From NCBI GenBank assembly GCA_043745355.1, contig JAYTSY010000027.1, positions 1 through 52,077 of the forward strand: DNA of 52,077 nt, written 5' to 3'. The number at the start of each line of letters is the position of its first letter. Position 1 is the first letter of the stretch. This document shows, piece after piece, positions 34,801-42,725 of the stretch. The notes below the pieces were generated by a model that saw nothing but the letters and a program-made list of their open reading frames with translations, had not been told where the DNA came from and did no database searches. This DNA comes from a bacterium. Lineage in GTDB: Bacteria > Patescibacteriota > Minisyncoccia > Phycocordibacterales > CAIZLB01. The position numbers were made by a program, and so were the translations under genes.

Positions 34801-36246
34801 TTATCGATCTGAAGGGCGAGTTGATGTACCAATAGGCTTCGTTATGAGAGTGCTTGTTGAAGTTCGTGTGATAGGTAGTCTGTTTATTGTACTAGTTGAA
34901 ACAACCGGAGCTTGGGGGGCTACCGTTTTGGGATTTTCTAGGAGATATGACCATAACGAAAGGTCGCTTTTGTTTTCAAACATTATGTAGTCCTCATTCT
35001 TGCTCAATGTGAGGTTTATCATGTCGAGGGGCACCTCCTCCAAACTCGTAGGCTGCATGATGCGCTCACTAAACCCTGTAGTTGTGTCTATTTTCCACAA
35101 ATCATCTGAGAACCACACAATACCCTGGTACCACACATCAGGATAATTTGCATAGACGATATTTTGAGGTACCGCACAATATATTATTGCTGTATCTTTT
35201 TTACTCCAAATACATTTTTCGGGAAGAGTTCTCACAAATAAATCTCGAACTATATTGTCTTTGCGGGTGAGAAGCTCGAGTCTGAGAGATCCTTGGGGAC
35301 TCTCCCCTACTAATGCTTTTGTACTATCTGGGGACATGAGCACCGTCATTCCATTTTTGTTTCCCACAAGTTTTGTAATCGCTTTACTCTTTGAATCCAG
35401 AATATATGAGAATCCTTCAGTAATAGCTGATGGCTTTGTGGTGAGTACGATTGATTGAGATGTTGGCCAAGAAGTAAGCCATTCATGAAAAGGTGATGAG
35501 AAAATACTTACCTGGCTTTTTCCATCAGGATTTGAAAGCACACCTCGATTATTTCCAGGAATGATAGAGAATAATTGTGTTCCTGAAGGAGAAACAGAAT
35601 ACGCCGAAATGTTACTTTGTAAATCAGTTAATTTTATTATTTGTTGTGTTGAGGTGGCGTCGAGTGGTTGTAATACACCGTATTGAGTTGTAATAATATC
35701 AGTACCATCGAGCAATCCCCTCAAAAGAACGCTTGTGCCTTTTGAATCAATAAATGAAGCCTCATATACTCTTGGGATAGTTGTATTGGTGATTCGGGAT
35801 GTTGCGAGTGTTGATGAACTCGTTTCAAAAATATTACCCGTTGCCCGATCTATCCACCTGAATACTTCAACTGAACCAATGATAGCTGGGGCGGTCTTTT
35901 TTGTAGATGAAGCAATGATAATCGTTGTTGTTGAAAACAAATCTTTATTAATAAATGAAAATCCTGCAACAGGAGCCAGCGTGAGATGTCGAAGCATAGG
36001 AATAGGTTTTGGAATTGTTGAGGTAACAACTGGAGTTGTTGTTGCTATTTCCGAAGGTCCTTGAGGTTGCGGTGTGCTTGTACTGGAGTTGGTGTTTCCA
36101 AAGTTAGAGAATCCCCCATTAGTTGAGGTTATATTATTTCCCCCGACGGGTGAGTGTTTGTTGATATAGAAATAAAAACCAAAGAGCCCGCCAAACACGA
36201 GGCTGATAATAATTATTATTGTGACAATGAGGGTGGTTTTGGACAT
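34801..36246 (-). CDS. Membrane-anchored protein with a Thr-rich linker and probable beta-propeller
   Basis: N-terminal TM; repeated blade-like ends (SVSPSG, LMSPDS, LSKNE); last gene of the T4SS-like cluster. Confidence 0.7.
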   Translation of the reverse strand: MSKTTLIVTIIIIISLVFGGLFGFYFYINKHSPVGGNNITSTNGGFSNFGNTNSSTSTPQPQGPSEIATTTPVVTSTIPKPIPMLRHLTLAPVAGFSFINKDLFSTTTIIIASSTKKTAPAIIGSVEVFRWIDRATGNIFETSSSTLATSRITNTTIPRVYEASFIDSKGTSVLLRGLLDGTDIITTQYGVLQPLDATSTQQIIKLTDLQSNISAYSVSPSGTQLFSIIPGNNRGVLSNPDGKSQVSIFSSPFHEWLTSWPTSQSIVLTTKPSAITEGFSYILDSKSKAITKLVGNKNGMTVLMSPDSTKALVGESPQGSLRLELLTRKDNIVRDLFVRTLPEKCIWSKKDTAIIYCAVPQNIVYANYPDVWYQGIVWFSDDLWKIDTTTGFSERIMQPTSLEEVPLDMINLTLSKNEDYIMFENKSDLSLWSYLLENPKTVAPQAPVVSTSTINRLPITRTSTSTLITKPIGTSTRPSDR

Positions 36247-36250
36247 GGAT

Positions 36251-37462
36251 TTATTTTATAGGGAGGGGTGTGCTTTCAACAGTGTCATATGTTTTAGTAG
36301 AATTGTCAGTCGTTTTTTGTGAAGAGTTTGATCCAATGTAGTTGTTGGGATTGTTTCGTATTGTACTAACACCACTTGCTCCTTGTTTTGTCGGTGGTAC
36401 GTACAAAACCTCAATATTATTATGTGTTGTTACGCTATTTGCTTTCCGAACATCTCTTGTAAAAATATCAACAGTGTAATTGTTTGTTAAAACATCATTT
36501 ACAGGAAGATGTGTTTTATTGCTTATATTATTATCGTCAATTACATATAAAATACCGTTAGATCTTATTAAGGTCCCTGGGGGATAATATACTGAAGCTG
36601 CTGATCCTACGACGCCAGGCCCCCCTTCTACTAAAGCACCGAAAGCTCCTAGGCCGCTATTAGTTCCTGAATCACTAACGCGTTCGTTGGGAGCAAAATA
36701 AGTTTGTCTTCCAGAAATAGTTTGTCCCGTCATCGATGAAGCTGAAGGGTCTCCCCATTTAGAGAGTCCATTTGCATTTACATGCCCTGTGGTTGCTGGA
36801 GGTATTCCATTTGCATTATTTAAAGTATCTAATTGAGTTTGTAGTCCAGCCCATTTGTTTGCCGCAGCTGTGCTGCCACCAGCAAGAGCCGCCTGATCCG
36901 CATCTGACCATTGATTATAAATTCTGTCGTAAGCGGCTTGACTGGCAGCAGCTGTATTGGCTGCTGGATTTCCCCCAACCACCGGCACAATTGATGACGC
37001 GTAGCTACCACCACCATTTACAGCTGGAATACCCAACGAACCATAGTCAGCATCACTCAATATTCTCCCCGACAACAAATCCGGATTCAATGTATACAAA
37101 ATCAAATATGAACTGAGAGCGAGCAACAGTCCTTCAATTGCTCCCCAGATAGTTTTCTTCCCATCGTCCTTGCCAAACACTGACTCGGTCAATGTGTATT
37201 GAATGCCTCCGTATATGATGTACAGCACCGCAAGCGCCCCAGCAAGTGAGATCATTATCTTAACAATGGTATTTAGATAACCCCTTAGTCCGTCCGGAGT
37301 AATCTTTACTTGTGGTAGTATAAAATTTCCAATTGGCTCCAATGGACAATACACATGTGGTACTGCAGAAAAAGGAGGGCAAGGGGCACTTGCCTGAGCA
37401 ACAACAGAAAAAGGACTGAGTATGGTGAGTGCTATTAATAATGTGAGAATATTACGTTTCAT
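36251..37462 (-). CDS. CPR VirB2/TrbC-like pilin fused to a C-terminal 3D (DPBB) domain
   Basis: Signal peptide; YCPLEP...ISLAGALAVLYIIYGGIQY...GKKTIWGAIEGLLLALSSYLILYTLNPDLL; later AASVYYPPGTLI...YVIDD...VDIF. Start set to ATG 37462. Confidence 0.7.
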   Translation of the reverse strand: MKRNILTLLIALTILSPFSVVAQASAPCPPFSAVPHVYCPLEPIGNFILPQVKITPDGLRGYLNTIVKIMISLAGALAVLYIIYGGIQYTLTESVFGKDDGKKTIWGAIEGLLLALSSYLILYTLNPDLLSGRILSDADYGSLGIPAVNGGGSYASSIVPVVGGNPAANTAAASQAAYDRIYNQWSDADQAALAGGSTAAANKWAGLQTQLDTLNNANGIPPATTGHVNANGLSKWGDPSASSMTGQTISGRQTYFAPNERVSDSGTNSGLGAFGALVEGGPGVVGSAASVYYPPGTLIRSNGILYVIDDNNISNKTHLPVNDVLTNNYTVDIFTRDVRKANSVTTHNNIEVLYVPPTKQGASGVSTIRNNPNNYIGSNSSQKTTDNSTKTYDTVESTPLPIK

Positions 37463-37463
37463 A

Positions 37464-38501
37464 TTATTGGCCAAAGAATAAACCTCTGCTGTTATCAAAA
37501 TAGACGCCAAACTGTGATTGTGCAGCTTGAAGAATTTTTGAAACACCTGTAATGCTGACTGCAACCCGTGCATCCCCCTTCTGATCCTCTGTTTTTCTGA
37601 ATGTCATAGTGTTATCGGTGTCAGGAGATGGAATTCTTGTATCATTAAGGCTCCATTCGTAGATAATATCAGCGTTTTTATTTTTTCCACTAAAGAAAAA
37701 CGGATAGACATTAAATTTCTTTTCATTATCAGTCATTTGGTATTGTCCATACAGCGCTCGATTGAATAATACTCCATACAAGGCACTGTCTTCATATATG
37801 AGTGCCGAAGGATCTTTTGCTTGAAGTACGTATGAACCAGTTCCCGCAACCCCTGAGTCGGCAGATGAATATCCCTCAACGCTTACCTTGTTGTCTCTCA
37901 ATATAATTGGCCCATTAAAAACAAATGTGTTTTTACCGTACCCTGACTTATCTCCTTGAACATCAAAACCAACTTTCCATTTGTAAACTGCTTGAGAGGG
38001 TGAGACACGACTGCCTTTGGCAATCATATTTGGAATTGCTACAAACGTAACCTCGGCTTGGGGTGTAAATAATGCTTTTCCTTTATAAAAAGGAGGTGTG
38101 TAGGTGTTAGCTTCCCATAGCATATCTATTTCAGCAGGGGTAAATGAAAATGTTTTGACTATAGCAGGTCCATTGACGGGTGTTACAGAGAGATTGACGG
38201 TATTTGTTGATCCCACCTGTCCGACGTAGAATTTGACTTGTTTTTCACCTGTTCCTGAAAGCAGTTTCTTGCCATTAAACGTCCAACTGACGAACGCACG
38301 ATTTAAGTCAGTACCATAGGCTTCAATATTGATAGTTACTTCATCACCAGGCCTTGGAATTGTTGGGCTGATATCAACTGAAATCTGTTCCTGAATATCA
38401 GGAATTTGGCCAGGGATGGATAAGTTAGCTTCCTGTGCAAAAACAGCCGTGCCGTTCAAAAGAAAAGCTGTGAGAAGTATTGAAAAAAAGTACCCTTTCA
38501 T
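37464..38501 (-). CDS. Secreted protein with tandem Ig/PKD-like domains
   Basis: Signal peptide; three beta-rich repeats each with a Y/VxWx motif (VSWTFNG, YKWKVG, YEWSLN). Confidence 0.7.
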   Translation of the reverse strand: MKGYFFSILLTAFLLNGTAVFAQEANLSIPGQIPDIQEQISVDISPTIPRPGDEVTINIEAYGTDLNRAFVSWTFNGKKLLSGTGEKQVKFYVGQVGSTNTVNLSVTPVNGPAIVKTFSFTPAEIDMLWEANTYTPPFYKGKALFTPQAEVTFVAIPNMIAKGSRVSPSQAVYKWKVGFDVQGDKSGYGKNTFVFNGPIILRDNKVSVEGYSSADSGVAGTGSYVLQAKDPSALIYEDSALYGVLFNRALYGQYQMTDNEKKFNVYPFFFSGKNKNADIIYEWSLNDTRIPSPDTDNTMTFRKTEDQKGDARVAVSITGVSKILQAAQSQFGVYFDNSRGLFFGQ

Positions 38502-38526
38502 TACTATAATAATACCACACCCTATT

Positions 38527-38991
38527 TTAGGCGGAAGGCTCGTTGTTGTTTTCTAGGCGCGCACCATTGCCTCTTCTAAAAGAAGGCCGCGCATGCCTGT
38601 CGGGACGTTTGCTGCTTTTTGCATTCTCCTCATCTTCTTCCCTTGTAAGAGCAATTATTTTTTCCACAGTTTTTACAATTCCGGGCATCGGAAGGCCACT
38701 TTTCCCAAGAGAAAAATAAAAGAGATTTACTATAGGGATAACAGAAATAATCATGCTAAAGAGAAACTTTCCTGTTACCTTGCCTCCTAATATTTTGACT
38801 CCAAGGCGATTAAACCATAATGCAAAGGCAGCATACATAATGGCCATAAAAACCGGGCTCACTATTTCTCCAATCCCGACCCAGTCAAGAATTAATTCAA
38901 TCAGAAAATTTGCGCCATATACCGCGTAAGCCACAGCTTTCATCTCGGCCTCCTTCCCCGCTGATATCCTATAAGTTATTTCCGTTTCCAT
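38527..38991 (-). CDS. Hypothetical membrane protein
   Basis: Three hydrophobic segments; overlaps the VirB4 stop region. Confidence 0.65.
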   Translation of the reverse strand: METEITYRISAGKEAEMKAVAYAVYGANFLIELILDWVGIGEIVSPVFMAIMYAAFALWFNRLGVKILGGKVTGKFLFSMIISVIPIVNLFYFSLGKSGLPMPGIVKTVEKIIALTREEDEENAKSSKRPDRHARPSFRRGNGARLENNNEPSA

Positions 38992-40873
38992 GTTCGTTTG
39001 CTAGTGGGTTATCTGCATTACCTGCCATTTTGCCGAGATTTGGGGAGGCAGCATTTTCTTGCATCTCAGCCATGTCAGCTTTTGCTTTTTTTATTGCGAG
39101 GATTTGTGAAGGATTTGATGTAATAATTTGGTCTTCGGTATATGAAGCAATAATTTTGATGGCTACATGTTTAAGTCCGGCAAAGAAAATTCCCTCTCCT
39201 ACATCAGATTCAAGCAAAAGATATTTTTCTTCGTCAGTAAGGTTGAATGTCTTTTGAACAATATCGATTGAGGAAGGAGATTGTTTGAGAAGAATTTGAA
39301 TTGAAGAGTTGGTAATGATCGGAAGTCCGTACGGAGATTTGAGGAAATCCTCGACGTCCTGGGTGATTGTGGCGAGGCCGAGATAATATTTACGTCCTCG
39401 TTTAGCGAGTCCGTAGAGAAATGATGCCGTGTCGTCTGATTTCATCATCCACCATGCTTCATCAATAACAAGAAGGCGCTTTTTTAATTCTTTTCGAACT
39501 GAGTTCCAAATAAAATGCATGACGATGTACATCGCCACAGGTTTGAGCTCGTCTTCCATATCTCGGAGTGAAAAAACCACAAACTTTTTATTGATATCAA
39601 CGTTTGATGGGCGGTTGATAAATCCGCTCCAGGTGCCCTTTGTGTATTTTGTAAGGCGCTGTACGAGCGACTCCCCTCCTTCCATACCGGCAAGTACAAG
39701 TTCGAAGTCCGACATGAGAGGTGGTTCAGTTGTTGCAAAATTTGATTCCGGAGTGATATCTTTGAGGGCGTATGTTTCACTGATAGCTCGATCAATGATT
39801 GAATCCTCCTCGGGAGTAAGTCCTCCGAGCATGATACGGAAGAGTCCTACGAGACTTACAATGTTCGATCGCAGTACGTCGGCGGACGATTCGTCTTCGC
39901 GAGCGTGCGGCAAGTCAAATGGATTAATATGGTGTTCCGAGGTGAGCGAGATATTGAAGTATCGTCCGCCGGTAGCTTCAGCCATATATTCATATTCTTT
40001 TTCCGGGTCGAGAACAATAACATCAGTATCAAACATCAGTGTTCGAAGAATTTCAAGCTTTGTTGCATATGATTTTCCAGAACCAGCCTTTGCAAACGTT
40101 ACAGAGTTGTAGTTTTCAAGTGAAAACCTATCAAACAAAATAAGTGATGAGTTGTGGCGATTGATGCCATATAAAATTCCTTTATCAGATGTAAGGTCAA
40201 AAGAGATAAATGGAAACATGCTTGAAAGCGGAGAAGAGTTCAGTTTTGAATGCACAGAAAGTTGGTCGTCTGCAATAGGTAAAATACTCTTGTAACCCTG
40301 CTCTTGCTGAAAAAGTGCGGGTTTTACATACACAAGACTCGCTTCGAGTATGGATTTGATTTCAGATTCAAGTTTGTCGAGATCACCCTCGTTGTCTCCA
40401 TAAATAGAAATATAAAGCCCAACATCAAATATTTTTTCTTGAGCCTGCTGTAAATTGTCTCGAAGTGTTTCGAGGTCTTGATATGCCGTATCGAGCATTG
40501 GATCTCGCACAAGTCCCTTCTCCTCCCTGATATGAATTTGGCTCTGCACTTCGGCTACTTTTTTCTGGAAAGTGCGCAGTACTGCAGCAGTATCAATTGG
40601 ATGAATAAAAATAGAAATATCAAAAATTTTATCGAGATTGATGATAGGTGCAAACCAGCTTTCAGAAAGGAATCGAGGGTATGAAATAACAAAGAATGTG
40701 CGAACAATTTTGTCACCAAGGTTTAACGAGCGCGGACTTACTTTGAGTGCAGATGGCGCAATGATATCTTGCAACTCGAGTACACCTGACTGATAGATCT
40801 CAGAAGGCAAGATCGAGGTGATCGGGTTACGCGCAGTGGTTGGTTTTGTTTTTAGAAAATCGAGAAGTCCCAT
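38969..40873 (-). CDS. virB4: VirB4-family ATPase
   Basis: YGINRHNSSLI, Walker A AKAGSGKS, VLDPEKEY, INPFD, Walker B VIDEAW, KRGRKY, ITQDV. Confidence 0.9.
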   Translation of the reverse strand: MGLLDFLKTKPTTARNPITSILPSEIYQSGVLELQDIIAPSALKVSPRSLNLGDKIVRTFFVISYPRFLSESWFAPIINLDKIFDISIFIHPIDTAAVLRTFQKKVAEVQSQIHIREEKGLVRDPMLDTAYQDLETLRDNLQQAQEKIFDVGLYISIYGDNEGDLDKLESEIKSILEASLVYVKPALFQQEQGYKSILPIADDQLSVHSKLNSSPLSSMFPFISFDLTSDKGILYGINRHNSSLILFDRFSLENYNSVTFAKAGSGKSYATKLEILRTLMFDTDVIVLDPEKEYEYMAEATGGRYFNISLTSEHHINPFDLPHAREDESSADVLRSNIVSLVGLFRIMLGGLTPEEDSIIDRAISETYALKDITPESNFATTEPPLMSDFELVLAGMEGGESLVQRLTKYTKGTWSGFINRPSNVDINKKFVVFSLRDMEDELKPVAMYIVMHFIWNSVRKELKKRLLVIDEAWWMMKSDDTASFLYGLAKRGRKYYLGLATITQDVEDFLKSPYGLPIITNSSIQILLKQSPSSIDIVQKTFNLTDEEKYLLLESDVGEGIFFAGLKHVAIKIIASYTEDQIITSNPSQILAIKKAKADMAEMQENAASPNLGKMAGNADNPLANEHGNGNNL

Positions 40874-40883
40874 AGTATTTTAA

Positions 40884-41540
40884 TTATGCCACGTGTATTG
40901 GCTTGTCTACATCTCCTGGATTAAATATTTTATAAAAAAGTTCAATGAGTTCCTCGGTCCCCAACTCAACTACTCGTATACCGCATCGCACGAGGCCTTG
41001 TTCTACCACATCCATGCGCTGTTGGAGTTGACTACGATGCTCCTCGAATGTACTAGTAGCCTCAGTTTTTGCCTCTTCTTTTGATTTTTTATTTCCAAAC
41101 ATCGAAGTGACGCTTGAAATAGGACTTCTGGTTCCTCCGCCAATGAGTGACGGATTGTAAGGCACTACAATAAAGAAGCTCTTAGTCATGATATTGGTCG
41201 ATTCGGTGAAGCTCTTGATGAATTCTATATATTCCCTTGTTTGCATTTTCATCAAGTCCCCTACTTGCTCTTTCTGACGCTGTTCGAGAAGGGCAATGTA
41301 GGGTCTGATATCCAATCGCCTCGATTGAACATAAATTTGCACCGAAAAGTTGAGTGAATTTAAGAAATTTTGAAATTGAAAAATGATTGACTGCTGCTCG
41401 TCGGCCGATTTCAAGGCAAAATTGAGAGATGAAGCAAGGAGGATAGCTCTCATACCGCCGTCTTTCAATATAAGTACGCCATCACGTACTTCTTTTACTG
41501 GGACAAAGGATTGTGTGGGTGCAGCATTAACTTGTGCCAT
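40884..41540 (-). CDS. VirB4-associated protein, likely equal to the N-terminal part of long TraE/PrgJ-type VirB4s
   Basis: SLNFALKSADEQ..IIFQFQNFLNSL; lies between PrgI and VirB4. Confidence 0.6.
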   Translation of the reverse strand: MAQVNAAPTQSFVPVKEVRDGVLILKDGGMRAILLASSLNFALKSADEQQSIIFQFQNFLNSLNFSVQIYVQSRRLDIRPYIALLEQRQKEQVGDLMKMQTREYIEFIKSFTESTNIMTKSFFIVVPYNPSLIGGGTRSPISSVTSMFGNKKSKEEAKTEATSTFEEHRSQLQQRMDVVEQGLVRCGIRVVELGTEELIELFYKIFNPGDVDKPIHVA

Positions 41541-41560
41541 ATCTGAAATAATAACACAGA

Positions 41561-42034
41561 TTACAACGCACGCGGACCCCGTTGAGGCATTCCGCTACCC
41601 ACCTGCAGTTTCTTTGAGTCTCTTGAGTAGATGGTTTCGTTGATATCTAGGCTCCATGTCAGGTCTTTTAGTTTACTCTCAGAGAGTTTAGGTACATAGA
41701 GACCGGCAGCTTCTTTTGCAAGCTCGACGGCCTCGTGTATTTCTTCCGGTTTTTTATCTACCCTTTTCCATATATAGAGTTTGTTGCCGAGGAGATAATT
41801 GAAACCAGATTCGAGTACTTCGATAAATGCACGCCCATTCATTTTGTAAAACGCCAATGCACCAGAAAGGGCTCCAGCGGGAATAATGATAAATATTCCA
41901 ATGTAAATTGGAAGAAATCTGTATGCGAGAAAACATGTGCCTGCTCCCCCCACAAGATATGCAAACTGTTTGAATGTAAAAGGGCCGAATATTTTATCTT
42001 CTACTTCAATAAATTGTGGTACTTGATATTTCAT
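41561..42034 (-). CDS. PrgI family (VirB3-like) membrane protein
   Basis: YQVPQFIEVEDKIFGPFTFKQF, 2 TM, then GRAFIEVL. Confidence 0.85.
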   Translation of the reverse strand: MKYQVPQFIEVEDKIFGPFTFKQFAYLVGGAGTCFLAYRFLPIYIGIFIIIPAGALSGALAFYKMNGRAFIEVLESGFNYLLGNKLYIWKRVDKKPEEIHEAVELAKEAAGLYVPKLSESKLKDLTWSLDINETIYSRDSKKLQVGSGMPQRGPRAL

Positions 42035-42036
42035 TA

Positions 42037-42723
42037 TTAGTTTACTGGTTCGAGATATGGATCGAGGCTGTGCTTTATTTCAGTAGGCTTGCTTGAGAGA
42101 GGAGCTGACATTGTTTGGTCAAGTTTGGTGGCAATGTTTTCTGAAGGGGTTGGGGCAATCGGGGCAACAGGTGCGACTGCAGGTTCAATAATGGGAGCAA
42201 CGACTGATGGCACTGATGGTGGAGGAAGTGGTGTTGTTTCAAAAGGAGGGGCCATTTTTGTACTAATTGTAGGACTAATTGTAGGACTAATTGTAGGCTT
42301 TTCAATTTCAGCCAAAATATCCTCAGATTTTAGTGTTGCATGATACTCAGGTGTTTCAGCGATAGCTTCTGGTTGCTCATCTACAGATTCAATGAGCACG
42401 TTTTCTCTCTCGATGCGTTCTATCTCGATTTTGATGGGCTCAATAATATTTTCGTTTATAGCATTGGCGAGGAGATTGGATTGGTCTTGGTTAATATGAA
42501 GCTCGTTTTGCATGTCCTTCATATACTGCTCTTCTGTAATGTCGCCAAGCATGAGCCTGAAAGTGAGCTCTTCGAGAAGGGCGCCTTGGTCGATATGGAG
42601 GCGATATTGGGTCTGGATTTTTTGGAGGGCAGCGAGGAAGTCAACGGCGAGGACGCCTTCTCGGATGTCGAGGGGAAGTTCCTGTAGTCGGGATATAAAG
42701 TTTTCGAGAGGGGTTTTGTTCAT
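42037..42723 (-). CDS. Hypothetical protein with a helical N-terminus and Pro-rich tail
   Basis: LHIDQGALL helical domain, Pro/Ala-rich linker, C-terminal DPYLEP. Confidence 0.7.
   Translation of the reverse strand: MNKTPLENFISRLQELPLDIREGVLAVDFLAALQKIQTQYRLHIDQGALLEELTFRLMLGDITEEQYMKDMQNELHINQDQSNLLANAINENIIEPIKIEIERIERENVLIESVDEQPEAIAETPEYHATLKSEDILAEIEKPTISPTISPTISTKMAPPFETTPLPPPSVPSVVAPIIEPAVAPVAPIAPTPSENIATKLDQTMSAPLSSKPTEIKHSLDPYLEPVN
42262..42297. repeat. In-frame 12-bp tandem repeat x3 (PTIS)
   Basis: ACTAATTGTAGG three times exactly. Confidence 0.9.
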
Positions 42724-42725
42724 GT

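Noticed and set aside
39429-40112. 227-aa plus-strand ORF opposite virB4, and similar antisense ORFs over polA, purD, pilB, dnaA and pcrA
   Set aside because: Antisense shadows of conserved genes with no motifs or expression signals
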